Assembly (NCBI GenBank): GCA_964016885.1 | Contig: OZ024742.1 | Span: 358,112,001-358,176,000, forward strand | Direction: 5' to 3' | DNA from: Eledone cirrhosa | Taxonomy: Eukaryota | DNA length: 64,000 nucleotides | In this document: positions 11,170-25,119 of the stretch, piece by piece | Layout of the letters: each line of letters opens with the position of its first letter | How positions within the stretch are numbered: the stretch's first letter is position 1 | Notes under the pieces: generated by a model | What the model was told of the DNA's origin: nothing | The model's database searches: none | The model's input: the letters and a program-made list of their open reading frames with translations, nothing else | Made by a program: the position numbers and the translations under genes

Positions 11170-11632
11170 ACTTGGAATCAATTTAAAAAATAAGAATGTG
11201 GTGAAATTTGCTAAATTAAAATTTTCATTATATAGTTAGTGTTTGGAAAGTAACAAAATATAGTTTCCTATATAAAATTATGAAGGTAAATTTAATTTGA
11301 AATACAATTGGAGGGTTTGCTGAGTATTCTAATTGTTTGTGTATGAGGGGGCCTCCAAACATTAAGTGCCCCAGGCACACCAAGGTCAAAATCCAACCCT
11401 TTGTGTGCTCTTAATGTAGTGCCCAAACTGAAACTGTGACGTATGTGACAAAGCTGGATGTTTGAATTACAAATACAATCCATATGATTTTTTTTGTTTT
11501 TTATTTATACACATTGGTGGTACCTCAGTTCCAGTGGTGGTGCCCCAGCATGGTCTCAGCCCGTTGGCTGGAAAATGTAATAGTTATATAAATATTTTAC
11601 ATAGTAAACAGGAAGAAAGAAAAGTATTAAAT

Positions 11633-11817
11633 AATTATTTCTACTTTTGGCACAAGGCCAGCAATTATCCAGTGTATTACTAGTACTTTATTTTATCAAC
11701 CCCGTAAGGGTGAAAGGCAAAGTTAACCTTGGGGGATTTGAACTCAGACCATAAAGGGCTGTATCTCTTCGCTGCAAAGCACGTCCGACCTTCTCCCAAT
11801 ACTGCCAATCCACCACC
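11633..11817 (-). mobile_element. SINE family 1
   Basis: reverse-complement copy flanked by ttaaataat on both sides. Confidence 0.8.
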
Positions 11818-12289
11818 CTTAAATAATGAATAAAAGAGTGAAGGACAGGGCAAGGGAGTATTTCAGTTATGTACTGGGAAATAGATGGCAAAAGCATTGT
11901 TACAGAGAACAGCCAGCAACCCACATTGTATCAGCCATTCCCCTTTACAGCGCTTCCTGGTTGTGGTGGAGGTGAACATTCTAATGTTGGCTTTCAAAAT
12001 AGATTCCATTTAGCTAATTTTACTCATAAAGCTTGTGGCAACCCAAGGTCATGTTAAAGACTGTGTTGCAATATACTATGCAATGACATTGAACCAGAGG
12101 ACCCATGATTGTGAAGTGAACTTCTTCACCAAACAATTATGCCTGTGTTCACATTAAAGATAGGATGAACATGGATGGAAATCTTAACTGATGCTTCATT
12201 AGGTTTGCTGACTCGTTACTGTAAATCTGGTTCAGCAAAGTTGATCAAGAATACTTCAGAAGAACAACATTAACAACACTAGTAGCAGT

Positions 12290-15200
12290 AGCAGCAACAT
12301 CACCACCCCAACCATCACTCTCACCACTACCATCATCACTACTCCCACCACTCCCACCATCACTCTCACCACTACCATCATCACCATCACTTCACTAACA
12401 TTTACACACCTACCACTACAACATCAACAGTAGTAGTCATGGCTGCTGTAGTTGTAAGAACAACAACACCACTGTCAACATCACTACTCCCACCACCACT
12501 CCCACCATCACTACTCCCACCACTACCACCATCATTACTCTCACCACTACCAACATCACCACTACCACCATCACTACTCCCACCACTACCACCATTACCA
12601 TCACAAACACTTCACTAATATTTACACCCCACCACAAAAACGTCACCAACACTACAACACCCCCACCTCTTCATCCTCAACTGCAACTACTCCATTTCCA
12701 TTTTAACCCACCACCACACCAAACCACACCACTACAATCATTACCACCACCACCACCTCCACCAAACACCACCACCAACCACCACCACCAACCACCACCA
12801 CCTCCACCAAACACCACCACCAACCACCACCACCAACCACCTCCACCATCCACCACCACCAACCACCACGACCACCAACAACACCACCACCCACCATCAC
12901 CACCAACCACCAACCACCACCACCAACCACTACTAACACCACCAACCACTACCACCACCACCAACCACTACCACCAACCACCACCACCACCACTACCACC
13001 ACCACCAACCACCACCAACCACCACCACCAACCACTACCACCACCACCACCACTACCACCACCACCACCAGCACCAATCACTACCACCACCACCAACCAC
13101 CACTACCACCACCACCACCAGCACTACCACCACCCCCAACCACCACCACCAACCACCTCCACCAACCACCACCACCACCAACCACTACCACCACCACCAC
13201 CACTACCACCACCACCAACCACCACCACCAACCACCACCACCAACCACCACCACCAACCACTACCACCACCACCAACCACCACCACCAACCACCACAACC
13301 AACCACCACCACCAACCACTACCACAACCACAAACCACTACCACCACCACCACCACTACCACCACCACCACTACCACCAACCACGACCACCAACCACCAC
13401 CACCAACCACTACCACCACCACCACTACCACCAACCACCATCACCAACCACCACCACCACTACCACCACCACCAACCACCACCACCAACCACTACCACCA
13501 CCACCAACCACTACCACCACTACCACCACCACCAACCACCACCACCAACCACCACCACCATCACCACCACTACCACCACCATCCACCACCACCAACCACC
13601 ACCTCTACCACCACCACCAACCACCACCACCAACCACTACTAACACCACCAACCACTACCACCACCACCAACCACTACCACCACCACCACCACTACCACC
13701 ACCACCAACCACCACCACCAACCACCACCACCACCACTACCACCACCACCAACCACCACCAACCACCACCACCAACCACTACCACCACCACCACCACTAC
13801 CACCACCACCACCACCACCAATCACTACCACCACCACCAACCACCACTACCACCACCACCACCAGCACTACCACCACCCCCAACCACCACCACCAACCAC
13901 CACCACCAACCTCCACAACCAACTACCACCACCAACCACTACCACAACCACAAACCACTACCACCACCACTACCACCACCACCACTACCACCAACCACCA
14001 CCACCAACCACCACCACCAACCACTACCACCACCACCACTACCACCAACCACCATCACCAACCACCACCACCACTACCACCACCACCAACCACCACCACC
14101 AACCACTACCACCACCACCAACCACTACCACCACTACCACCACCACCAACCACCACCACCAACCACCACCACCATCACCACCACTACCACCACCACCAAC
14201 CACCACCACCAACCACCACCACTACCACCACCACCAACCACCACCACCAACCACTATTAACACCACCAACCACTACCACCACCACCAACCACCACCACCA
14301 ACCACTACTAACACCACCAACCACTACCACCACCACCAACCACTACCACCACCACCACCACTACCACCACCACCAACCACCACCACCAACCACCACCACC
14401 ACCACTACCACCACCACCAACCACCACCAACCACCACCACCAACCACTACCACCACCACCACCACTATCACCACCACAACCACCACCAATCACTACCACC
14501 ACCACCAACCACCACTACCACCACCACCACCAGCACTACCACCACCCCCAACCACCACCATCAACCACCACCACCAACCACCACCACCATCACCACCACT
14601 ACCACCACCACCAACCACCACCACCAACCACCACCACTACCACCACCACCAACCACCACCACCAACCACTACTAACACCACCAACCACTACCACCACCAC
14701 CAACCACTACCACCACCACCACCACTACCACCACCACCAACCACCACCACCAACCACCACCACCACCACTACCACCACCACCAACCACCACCAACCACCA
14801 CCACCAACCACTACCACCACCACCACCACTACCACCACCACCACCACCACCAATCACTACCACCACCACCAACCACCACTACCACCACCACCACCAGCAC
14901 TACCACCACCCCCAACCACCACCACCAACCACCTCCACCAACCACCACCACCACCAACCACTACCACCACCACCACCACTACCACCACCACCAACCACCA
15001 CCACCAACCACCACCACCACCACCAACCACTACCACCACCACCACCACTACCACCATTGCCAACCACCACCATCAACCACCACCACCACCACTACCACCA
15101 CCACCACTACCACCACCACCTACCACCACCACCACCAACCACCACCACCAACCCCTACCACCATCACCACCACCAACCACCACCATCAAACACTCCCACC

Positions 15201-18200
15201 ACCACCAACCACCACCACCAACCACTACCACCACTACCATCACCACCAACCACCACCACCAACCACCACCACCACCACCACCACCAACCACTCCCACCAC
15301 CACCAACCACTCCCACCACCACCACTACCACCACCACTTAGCACCACCACCAACCACCACCACCACCACCACCAACCACCACGACCAACCACTCCCACCA
15401 CCACCAACCATTACCACCACCACCAACCACTACCACCACCACCACCACTACCACTACCACCAACCACCACCACCAACCACCACCACCAACCACTACCACC
15501 ACCACCAACCACTACCACCACCACCCACCATTACCACCACCACCACTACCACCACCACCACCACTACCACCACCACCTACCACCACCACCACCAACCACC
15601 ACCTCCACCACCAACCACTACCACCACCAGCACCACCAACCACTACCACCACCACCAACCACTACCACCACCACCACCACTACCACCACCACCACTACCA
15701 CCACCACTACCACCACCACCACCAACCACCACCACCAACCACTCCCACCACCACCACTACCACCACCACCAACCACCACCAACCACCACCACCAACCACT
15801 ACCACCACCACCACCACTACCACCACCACCACCACCACCAATCACTACCACCACCACCAACCACCACTACCACCACCACCACCAGCACTACCACCACCCC
15901 CAACCACCACCATCAACCACCACCACCAACCACCACCACCATCACCACCACTACCACCACCACCAACCACCACCACCAACCACCACCACTACCACCACCA
16001 CCAACCACCACCACCAACCACTACTAACACCACCAACCACTACCACAACCACCAACCACTACCACCACCACCACCACTACCACCACCACCAACCACCACC
16101 ACCAACCACCACCACCACCAATACCACCACCACCAACCACTACCACCACCACCACCACTACCACCACCACCAACCACCACCACCAACCACCACCACCAAC
16201 CACCACCACCAACCACTACCACCACCACCAACCACCACCACCAACCACCACAACCAACCACCACCACCAACCACTACCACAACCACAAACCACTACCACC
16301 ACCACCACCACTACCACCACCACCACTACCACCAACCACGACCACCAACCACCACCACCAACCACTACCACCACCACCACTACCACCAACCACCATCACC
16401 AACCACCACCACCACTACCACCACCACCAACCACCACCACCAACCACTACCACCACCACCAACCACTACCACCACTACCACCACCACCAACCACCACCAC
16501 CAACCACCACCACCATCACCACCACTACCACCACCATCCACCACCACCAACCACCACCACTACCACCACCACCAACCACCACCACCAACCACTACTAACA
16601 CCACCAACCACTACCACCACCACCAACCACTACCACCACCACCACCACTACCACCACCACCAACCACCAGCACCAACCACCACCACCACCACTACCACCA
16701 CCACCAACCACCACCAACCACCACCACCAACCACTACCACCACCACCACTACTACCACCACCACCACCACCACCAATCACTACCACCACCACCAACCACC
16801 ACTACCACCACCACCACCAGCACTACCACCACCCCCAACCACCACCACCAACCACCACCACCAACCACCACAACCAACTACCACCACCAACCACTACCAC
16901 AACCACAAACCACTACCACCACCACTACCACCACCACCACTACCACCAACCACCACCACCAACCACCACCACCAACCACTACCACCACCACCACTACCAC
17001 CAACCACCATCACCAACCACCACCACCACTACCACCACCACCAACCACCACCACCAACCACTACCACCACCACCAACCACTACCACCACTACCACCACCA
17101 CCAACCACCACCACCAACCACCACCACCACCACCAACCACCACCACTACCACCACCACCAACCACCACCACCAACCACTACTAACACCACCAACCACTAC
17201 CACCACCACCAACCACTACTAACACCACCAACCACTACCACCACCACCAACCACTACCACCACCACCACCACTACCACCACCACCAACCACCACCACCAA
17301 CCACCACCACCAACCACTACCACCACCACCAACCACCACCAACCACCACCACCAACCACTACCACCACCACCACCACTACCACCACCACCACCACCACCA
17401 ATCACTACCACCACCACCAACCACCACTACCACCACCACCACCAGCACTACCACCACCCCCAACCACCACCATCAACCACCACCACCAACCACCACCACC
17501 ATCACCACCACTACCACCACCACCAACCACCACCACCAACCACCACCACTACCACCACCACCAACCACCACCACCAACCACTACTAACACCACCAACCAC
17601 TACCACCACCACCAACCACTACCACCACCACCACCACTACCACCACCACCAACCACCACCACCAACCACCACCACCACCACTACCACCACCACCAACCAC
17701 CACCAACCACCACCACCAACCACTACCACCACCACCACCACTACCACCACCACCACCACCACCAATCACTACCACCACCACCAACCACCACTACCACCAC
17801 CACCACCAGCACTACCACCACCCCCAACCACCACCACCAACCACCTCCACCAACCACCACCACCACCAACCACTACCACCACCACCACCACTACCACCAC
17901 CACCAACCACCACCACCAACCACCACCACCACCACCAACCACTACCACCACCACCAGCACTACCACCATTGCCAACCACCACCATCAACCACCACCACCA
18001 CCACTACCACCACCACCACTACCACCACCACCTACCACCACCACCACCAACCACCACCACCAACCCCTACCACCATCACCACCACCAACCACCACCATCA
18101 ACCACTCCCACCACCACCAACCACCACCACCAACCACTACCACCACTACCATCACCACCAACCACCACCACCAACCACCACCACCACCACCACCACCAAC

Positions 18201-18912
18201 CACTCCCACCACCACCAACCACTCCCACCACCACCACTACCACCACCACTTAGCACCACCACCAACCACCACCACCACCACCACCAACCACCACGACCAA
18301 CCACTCCCACCACCACCAACCATTACCACCACCACCAACCACTACCACCACCACCACCACTACCACTACCACCAACCACCACCACCAACCACCACCACCA
18401 ACCACTACCACCACCACCAACCACTACCACCACCACCCACCATTACCACCACCACCACTACCAGCACCACCACCACTACCACCACCACCTACCACCACCA
18501 CCACCAACCACCACCTCCACCACCAACCACTACCACCACCACCCACCATTACCACCACCACCACCAACCACTACCACCACCACCACCACTACCACCCCCA
18601 CCAACCACCACCACCAACCACTACCACCACCACCAACCACTACCACCACCACCCACCATTACCACCACCACCACTACCACCACCACCACCACTACCACCA
18701 CCACCTACCACCACCACCACCAACCACCACCTCCACCACCAACCACTACCACCACCAGCACCACCAACCACTACCACCACCACCAACCACTACCACCACC
18801 ACCACCACTACCACCACCACCACTACCACCACCACTACCACCACCACCACCAACCACCACCACCAACCACTCCCACCACCACCACTACCACCACCACCAA
18901 CCACTACACCAC
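12290..18912. repeat. 6.6-kb (CAC/CCA)n-based complex satellite with higher-order repeats
   Basis: almost only C/A on the plus strand; rare markers (attgcc, ttagcacc, ccacgacc, actaacac, aatcact) recur at ~364, ~670 and ~2912-2955 bp spacing. Confidence 0.95.
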
Positions 18913-18936
18913 ATATAATGGTTTCTTTGTTTAATA

Positions 18937-19120
18937 ATAATTGTTTGTACTTTTGGCACAAGGACAGCAATTATTCAGCGCATTACTGGTACTTTATTTT
19001 ATCGACCCCGTAAGGATGAAAGGCAAAGTTCACCTCGGCGGGATTTGAACTCAGAATGGCAAGGGCTGTAACTCTATGCGTCAAAGCATGGCGTCCGACT
19101 CTCTACTGATACTTCCAAAC
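18937..19120 (-). mobile_element. SINE family 1
   Basis: reverse-complement copy next to the satellite end. Confidence 0.8.
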
Positions 19121-19381
19121 AGTTAATTATTGTTAGGAACCTCACAAATATAATTCAGAAAGATATGTGATTAAAGCGAGAAAAAAGGAAAGAAAAGAAC
19201 AAACAAAAACCACCATCAATTCACCAGCAAGTGTGACAATCAGTCACATCACATCACATCATACCACAGCACAAGGGTCAATAGAAAATTTTGAGGCAAG
19301 CCGTCACACACGTAGCATTGTTGTGCATGATAGCAAGGCTAAGGTACTGAAACAACCAGGCACCCTCACATTCATCACCTG

Positions 19382-19905
19382 CAGGGCCAGATTTAATGGA
19401 GGACAAAGGGAGCAATTGCCCCCCTCCCCTCCCCTGCAGTGGGACACCACACAAGTGATGGCCGTAGCAATTTATTTGTGCCCTCTTCTGGGCTTTCTAG
19501 TTTTAGGATGGTTAGAATATGTGAAATTAATATCTGTATGTTTAACTTTTCAATTCCAATAACTTGCACCAAGCTAGCTTTGGTATCTAAAATGGGGGTG
19601 GGTGCTGTGTATTATAATTATGTGTGTTGGCAGTATTTGTAGAGGGTCGGACGCCATGCTTTCCAGCATAGTTACGTCCCTTTACGGTCTGAGTTCAAAT
19701 CCCGTCGAAGTTAACTTTGCCTTTCATCCTTACGGGGTCGATAAAATAATGTACCAGTAATGTACTGGATAATTGCTGGCCTTGTACCAAAAGTAGAAAC
19801 AATTATAATTATTTTGTGTATGAGGGGCCTCCACAAAGCTGAAGTGCCTTGGGCGCCTCAAACCTGAAATGATCCAGGCCTCACAAGGTCTAAGCCCAAC
19901 CCTTG
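19382..19905. mobile_element. hAT-type MITE with nested SINE family 1 (~19622-19801)
   Basis: CAGGGCCAGATTTA..TAAGCCCAACCCTTG imperfect TIRs; 8-bp TSD atcacctg at 19374-19381 and 19906-19913; related copies at ~11320-11401 and ~47670-47941. Confidence 0.75.
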
Positions 19906-20219
19906 ATCACCTGACACCTCGGTAAGGTGAGCCACCATGGATCACAAGAACTTCATTGTGAGCAGCCCAGCTCCACCAGACAGCAATTAGAATATAGTTT
20001 ATGAGGTTTATTTAGCTGCTATTTCTAGTGAGAATTATTTCTTACATTGACTCATCAACTGAAGTTGTTCTTACATGCAAGATCCCAATGTGAGTGGCAT
20101 GCTGAATCAGTTGCTATGGTAATATTGTTGTTGTAGTTGTTGTAGTTATTGTAGCTGCCTTGTTGAGAATATATCTAATAATAGCGAAGGTATGGAGATG
20201 GAAGATGGAGATAGAAGAT

Positions 20220-20375
20220 AATGATGAGGAAGGGAAGAGGTTGATGAGGAAGGGAGGAGGTTGATGAGGAAGGGAGGAGGTTGATGAGGAAGGGAGGAGG
20301 TTGATGAGGAAGGGAGGAGGTTGGAGAGGAAGGGAGGAGATTGAAGAGAAAGGGAGGAGGTTGAGGAGGAGAGGG
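20220..20375. repeat. 21-bp purine-rich minisatellite
   Basis: ggttgatgaggaagggaggag repeated about 7 times. Confidence 0.9.
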
Positions 20376-20667
20376 AAAAGGATGTTGTTAATAAATATTG
20401 CAATTAACATGATGAGTGTTTTCAATCCATATATATAATTAGTGCCCAATGAATGGCTGACAAATGTCATAATTCCACTCAGGGTAATTTTATAATTGAA
20501 CAAATAAAGAAACAACAAAAACAACGAAAATAGAAAATTGTTCAAATATTTTCTGTATGATGTCTATTTTTATTTAACTTTGAAAGTGATTCAAGTTGCT
20601 GTACTGAAATGTACTACTATATATTTACACATCTCAGGTCAAATTAGTACATTTTGTCTGTTGTATT

Positions 20668-20731
<64 letters not shown>

Positions 20732-21036
20732 ATATATCTTTCTCAACAAGGAAGATGAAAAAAAACTTACCTCTTAATTTTAAATCTTAAATTTTTAGTT
20801 TTGAATTCTTATTAATTCTTTTTAATTGTGATGATCGACATTTGATAAGATGATTTTAATAATACATCAAAACCAATAATACTTTATATACATTATATAC
20901 TTTATATACTTTATAAAACTCTTTCTTTAAAAGAATTGTCCCTCTCATTTTTTCAATAATTTCACTTTGACGAATCAAAGAAAAGAAAAAATAGAAAAAC
21001 AGACCCTAAAATATATTTCCCGTGCTATTTCCCACT

Positions 21037-21097
<61 letters not shown>

Positions 21098-21410
21098 GTG
21101 TGTATTTATATGTACATATATATGTATACAATACAACAGACAAAATGTGACTTTGTTTGCATCCAATGATGTAAACCAGTTATACTTTTGTGGCAAATGC
21201 ATTCGATGTTGAGAGAGTGGGATTGGCTCCGTGCACAAGCTTCAAGCACAAGCATTGCTTGATATGTGACATTTTGTTTTGCAATGCATGGCATTGCTGG
21301 CCATATACAAGTCCCTTGCAAGACAAAAAAACAATGTCTGTGATGCTTATGCTTAAGTAACAGGTGTTGGCATTACTCAAAATCGAAATGCAACCATCCT
21401 CATAAATATA

Positions 21411-21793
21411 TCATCATCATCATCAACGTTCTACGTCCGTTCTTCCAAGCTAGCATGGGTTGTCCTGTTGTGGGCAGTGTCCAGTGGGCTGACCATGCCT
21501 TGCTCATACGGGAACTGATTGTGGCTTGATTTCTAAAGCTGGATGCCCTTCCTAACACCAACCTCATTTACAGTGAGTGCTGGGTGCTTTTTTTTTTCCA
21601 TAGCACCTACACGTCCACTTTACAGTGTTGGGTGCTTTTTTGCCATGGCACCTCCAGAACCACTTTGCAGTGGGAGGATGTGGGGGCATATTGTCCATAT
21701 GCTTCAGCTTCGGCTTGTACCTGTGTGGGGTCGGGTCTTCTGTATTACTGCGTGACGCCAGAGGTCACGGCCGTGTGTCATCGCCTTTGAGAG
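21411..21793 (-). mobile_element. RTE family B 3' fragment
   Basis: reverse complement of ~8960-9338 including the structured UTR and (GAT)n tail. Confidence 0.85.
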
Positions 21794-21807
21794 GTGTGTA
21801 TATATAT

Positions 21808-24800
21808 ATCATCATCATCATCATCATCATTTTACGTCCGCTTTTCCCTGCTTGCAAGGGTGGGACGGGTCTTATTCAGCACAGCATCTCTCCACTCGTC
21901 ACGGTCCCTCGTCATCTCCACCGTGAGCTTCAATGATCTGAGGTCTGTTCTCACCACCTCCGCCCATGTTTTTCGTGGTCTACCTCTACCACGTCTTCCT
22001 TCAACTGGCATTTCCTGGCACTTCTTCACCCATCGGTCATCCTCCATGCGCATCACATGTCCATACCACCTCAGTCTCCTCTCCCGTACACTACATTCTA
22101 TCCCTCTCAGACACAGTTTCTCTCTCAACACATTTATGCTGGGTCGTTCACGCACATTTACACTGCACATCCAACGGAGCATGCTTGCCTCATTTCTCTC
22201 CAGCCGTCGCATATCTTCTGCGGTAGCTGCCCATGTCTCACTACCATGCAGCATCGCGCTCCTCACACGGGCATCATACAACCGGCCTTTCGTACGCAGG
22301 GAGAAACCCTTCTTCGTCAACAGAGGAAGCAGCTCCCTAAACTTCTTCCAACCCGTCCTTATTCTAGATACTATGGCCTCGGAACACCCTCCTCCCATGC
22401 TAATCTGATCTCCTAGGTACCGGAAGCTATCCACCACTTCTATAGCGCCCTCTCGCATTTGAAAAATGTGTCTATCAGTGCGACTCCTACTGTCTAATTT
22501 CCCTGTACATCTACTGCATACATAGTTCTCCCTACCTGTTAGTTTGCCTGCTATCCCGCTACATCTCTTGTGTACCCAGGACCTACATTGTGTGCATTTT
22601 ATAGAATTTATGCCAGTTCCTTTTCTGCATATCGAACATGGCCATTTCCCTGACGGAATCAGGGTTTTGTCCTCTTTTCTACTCATCAACACTTTTGACT
22701 TAGCTAGATTTACTCTCAGTCCTCTTGCTTCCAACTGCTGTTTCCATAGGCGGAATTTATTCTCTAGCTCCTCTACTGATTCTGCCATAAGAGCCAGATC
22801 GTCAGCATAGAGAAGTTCCCATGGACAGCCAGTCTTAAACTCCTCTGTTATGGCTTGGAGGACTATAATGAACAAGAGCGGGCTGAGGACCGAACCCTGA
22901 TGTACTCCTACTTGTATCTGGAATTCCTCACTAAACTCCATTCCTACCCTGACTTTACTGAGAGTACCTCTGTACAAAGTTTGCACTGTCCTTACAAGCC
23001 ATTCCTCAACACCCAGCTTCCTTAGGGACCACCAGATGACAGATCGGGGTACCCTATCAAAGGCCTTCTCTAGGTCAACAAAGGCTAAGTATAGTGGCTT
23101 ATTCTTCTCTAAGAACCTCTCTTGCATTTGTCTCACCAAGAAGAGGGCATCTGTTGTACTCTTCCCAGGCACAAAACCAAACTGCATCTCATCTAGTTTG
23201 ACCCTTTCTCTAATTAGTTGTGCTAAAATCCTTTCTGCCACTTTCATAACCTGATCTATCAGTTTTATACCCCTATAATTGCTCCTCTCCAAAGCATCCC
23301 CTTTACCTTTGTAGCAATTTATGAGAATACTGCTGCACCAGTCTTTGGGTATGACACCACCATATATAGCCTGATTGATTATGCGTGCAACCAGTTTAGT
23401 GCCTACGTCCCCTGATGCCTTCAGCATCTCAGCAACTATTCCCGATGGTCCGGCCGCCTTACCATTTTTCATTTCCCTAATCGCCTCTTGGACCCTATAT
23501 TCGTCAATCTCAATAGCTGGTCCCTCTGTCGGATCTACCAAGGGTAATTTCTCTCTCTCCCATTCGTTCTCCACATTCATCAGTCTCTCATAATGACATT
23601 TCCAGGCCTCCTTTTTCTGGTCATTCGTGACACTAAGTACACCGGCATCATCCCGGACACATTTATCACCAACAACATCCTGATTTGCATTGACACACTG
23701 CCTTGCAATGTGGAACACCGCACGCCTCTGATCTTCCCGTCGCAGAACATTGGCAAACCTCCTACTCTCTGCCTCCCTGCGTGCTAAGTACACCTGACGT
23801 CTAGCTTCTCTCTTAGTGGCTGTATATTCTTCCCTACTCCCACCCTTATTCCAAGCCTTCCATGCTAGTCTTTTGTCTCTAATAGCCTTATCTACACTGC
23901 TGTTCCACCACCAGGTCACTCTCTGTCTGGTTGGAGCTCTGCTCCAGCCACAGGTTTCATCAGTAGCCTTCAGCAAGTTGTCACGTAAGAACTTCCAGTT
24001 ATTATCTATGTCATACGTCTCTAAATCGTCTTCTTTTTCGTCATATACATCTTGAAGGGCTTTCCTAAATTTGAATTTTAGTGAAAGGTCTTTTAGCTTC
24101 CAGACCTTTCTTCTCCACACCTTCCTATATGTCTCATTCCATCTCTTGCTTACTGAGATATCACTAACAACTAACCTATGCTGTGAGGTACATTCTTCCC
24201 CAGGGTATGCCTTGGTATTAGACACTATCTGCCTGTCCCGCTGCCTAACTAGCAGGAAGTCAATCTGGCTTATGTGCTCACCAGATTTGTAGGTTATTAG
24301 GTGATTGGCAGGTTTCTGGAAGTTTGTGTTGCAAATAGTCAATGTACTTGCATCACAAAATTCAAGAAGTCTCACTCCTTCTTCATTTCTTGAACCGTAA
24401 CCGTGCCCACCATGTAGCCCAGTGTAACCATCCTGGAGCTGTCCAACATGACCATTGAAGTATCCTGCTAGCATAACGATGTCTCCGTCCTCTGTCATTG
24501 TGGTTGTTTGCAAAAGTTGCTCATAAAAGCAGTCTTTCTCATCTTTGCCCAGGCCTGCTTGGGGAGCATAGACCGAGATGATTGTCAGTAGTCTCCTACC
24601 TACAACTAATCTAAGCTTAATTATTCGATTACTAACTCGAACTACCTCTATTGTCTTATGGATCCATTTCTCAGCCAGGAAAATGCCTACTCCCCCTAAC
24701 CCATCATCCTTACCTACCCAGAATAGCTTATAGCTAAGACGCTTGCCTACGACTAGTCTCGCAGAGGCACCCCTCCATCTCACCTCTTGCACGCAGCACA

Positions 24801-25119
24801 CATCCACCTGCCTTCTCTCCAGCATCTCCGCTATTTCAGCAGACCTACCTCTGAGAGTGCCAACATTAAGTGTTGCAACTCTGAGATGCGACGTCTTCAT
24901 ATTTTCTATGCTGTTTTGTTGCTGTGCTGATAAGCTTTTTGGCGTTGATACACTGGTTGGATGCCCTTCCTAACACCAGCGCCACTTTACAGCACGGACT
25001 GGGTGCTTTTATTTGTGCCACCAGCACTAGAGAGGATGTCTTACTAGACTCAAGGGCCCTCTCTACCCCTCCATTTTACAGCGTCGTCATTATTAAAAAA
25101 AAAAAAAAAAAAAAAAAAA
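21808..25119 (-). mobile_element. Full-length RTE family A LINE
   Basis: poly-T 5' flank, ~190-nt structured 5' UTR, single 1022-aa ORF, essentially no 3' UTR, (GAT)n tail running into (TA)n; no clear TSD seen. Confidence 0.93.
21832..24900 (-). CDS. RTE APE endonuclease-reverse transcriptase polyprotein with PHD-like finger
   Basis: APE motifs TLNV, CVQEVRW, SVYAPQ, AGYFNGHVG (canonical GDFN), SQIDF, SQHRLV; RT motifs FVDLEKAFD, HQGSVLSP, YADD. Confidence 0.93.
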   Translation of the reverse strand: MKTSHLRVATLNVGTLRGRSAEIAEMLERRQVDVCCVQEVRWRGASARLVVGKRLSYKLFWVGKDDGLGGVGIFLAEKWIHKTIEVVRVSNRIIKLRLVVGRRLLTIISVYAPQAGLGKDEKDCFYEQLLQTTTMTEDGDIVMLAGYFNGHVGQLQDGYTGLHGGHGYGSRNEEGVRLLEFCDASTLTICNTNFQKPANHLITYKSGEHISQIDFLLVRQRDRQIVSNTKAYPGEECTSQHRLVVSDISVSKRWNETYRKVWRRKVWKLKDLSLKFKFRKALQDVYDEKEDDLETYDIDNNWKFLRDNLLKATDETCGWSRAPTRQRVTWWWNSSVDKAIRDKRLAWKAWNKGGSREEYTATKREARRQVYLARREAESRRFANVLRREDQRRAVFHIARQCVNANQDVVGDKCVRDDAGVLSVTNDQKKEAWKCHYERLMNVENEWEREKLPLVDPTEGPAIEIDEYRVQEAIREMKNGKAAGPSGIVAEMLKASGDVGTKLVARIINQAIYGGVIPKDWCSSILINCYKGKGDALERSNYRGIKLIDQVMKVAERILAQLIRERVKLDEMQFGFVPGKSTTDALFLVRQMQERFLEKNKPLYLAFVDLEKAFDRVPRSVIWWSLRKLGVEEWLVRTVQTLYRGTLSKVRVGMEFSEEFQIQVGVHQGSVLSPLLFIIVLQAITEEFKTGCPWELLYADDLALMAESVEELENKFRLWKQQLEARGLRVNLAKSKVLMSRKEDKTLIPSGKWPCSICRKGTGINSIKCTQCRSWVHKRCSGIAGKLTGRENYVCSRCTGKLDSRSRTDRHIFQMREGAIEVVDSFRYLGDQISMGGGCSEAIVSRIRTGWKKFRELLPLLTKKGFSLRTKGRLYDARVRSAMLHGSETWAATAEDMRRLERNEASMLRWMCSVNVRERPSINVLREKLCLRGIECSVRERRLRWYGHVMRMEDDRWVKKCQEMPVEGRRGRGRPRKTWAEVVRTDLRSLKLTVEMTRDRDEWRDAVLNKTRPTLASREKRT

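Noticed and set aside
13065-13075. Chi-like GCTGGTGG octamers in the satellite
   Set aside because: Expected single-base variants of (GGT)n; no relevance in animal DNA.
12437-18970. Many Val/Gly/Trp or His/Pro/Thr ORFs
   Set aside because: By-products of the (CAC)n satellite; frames shift constantly.
20220-20375. CRISPR-like periodic repeats (also 52150 and 63601)
   Set aside because: No unique spacers and no cas genes; eukaryotic context.
25060-25095. Twister-like aaaatggagggg in the RTE-A 5' UTR
   Set aside because: The conserved GUCCCAAGCCC-type core is absent.
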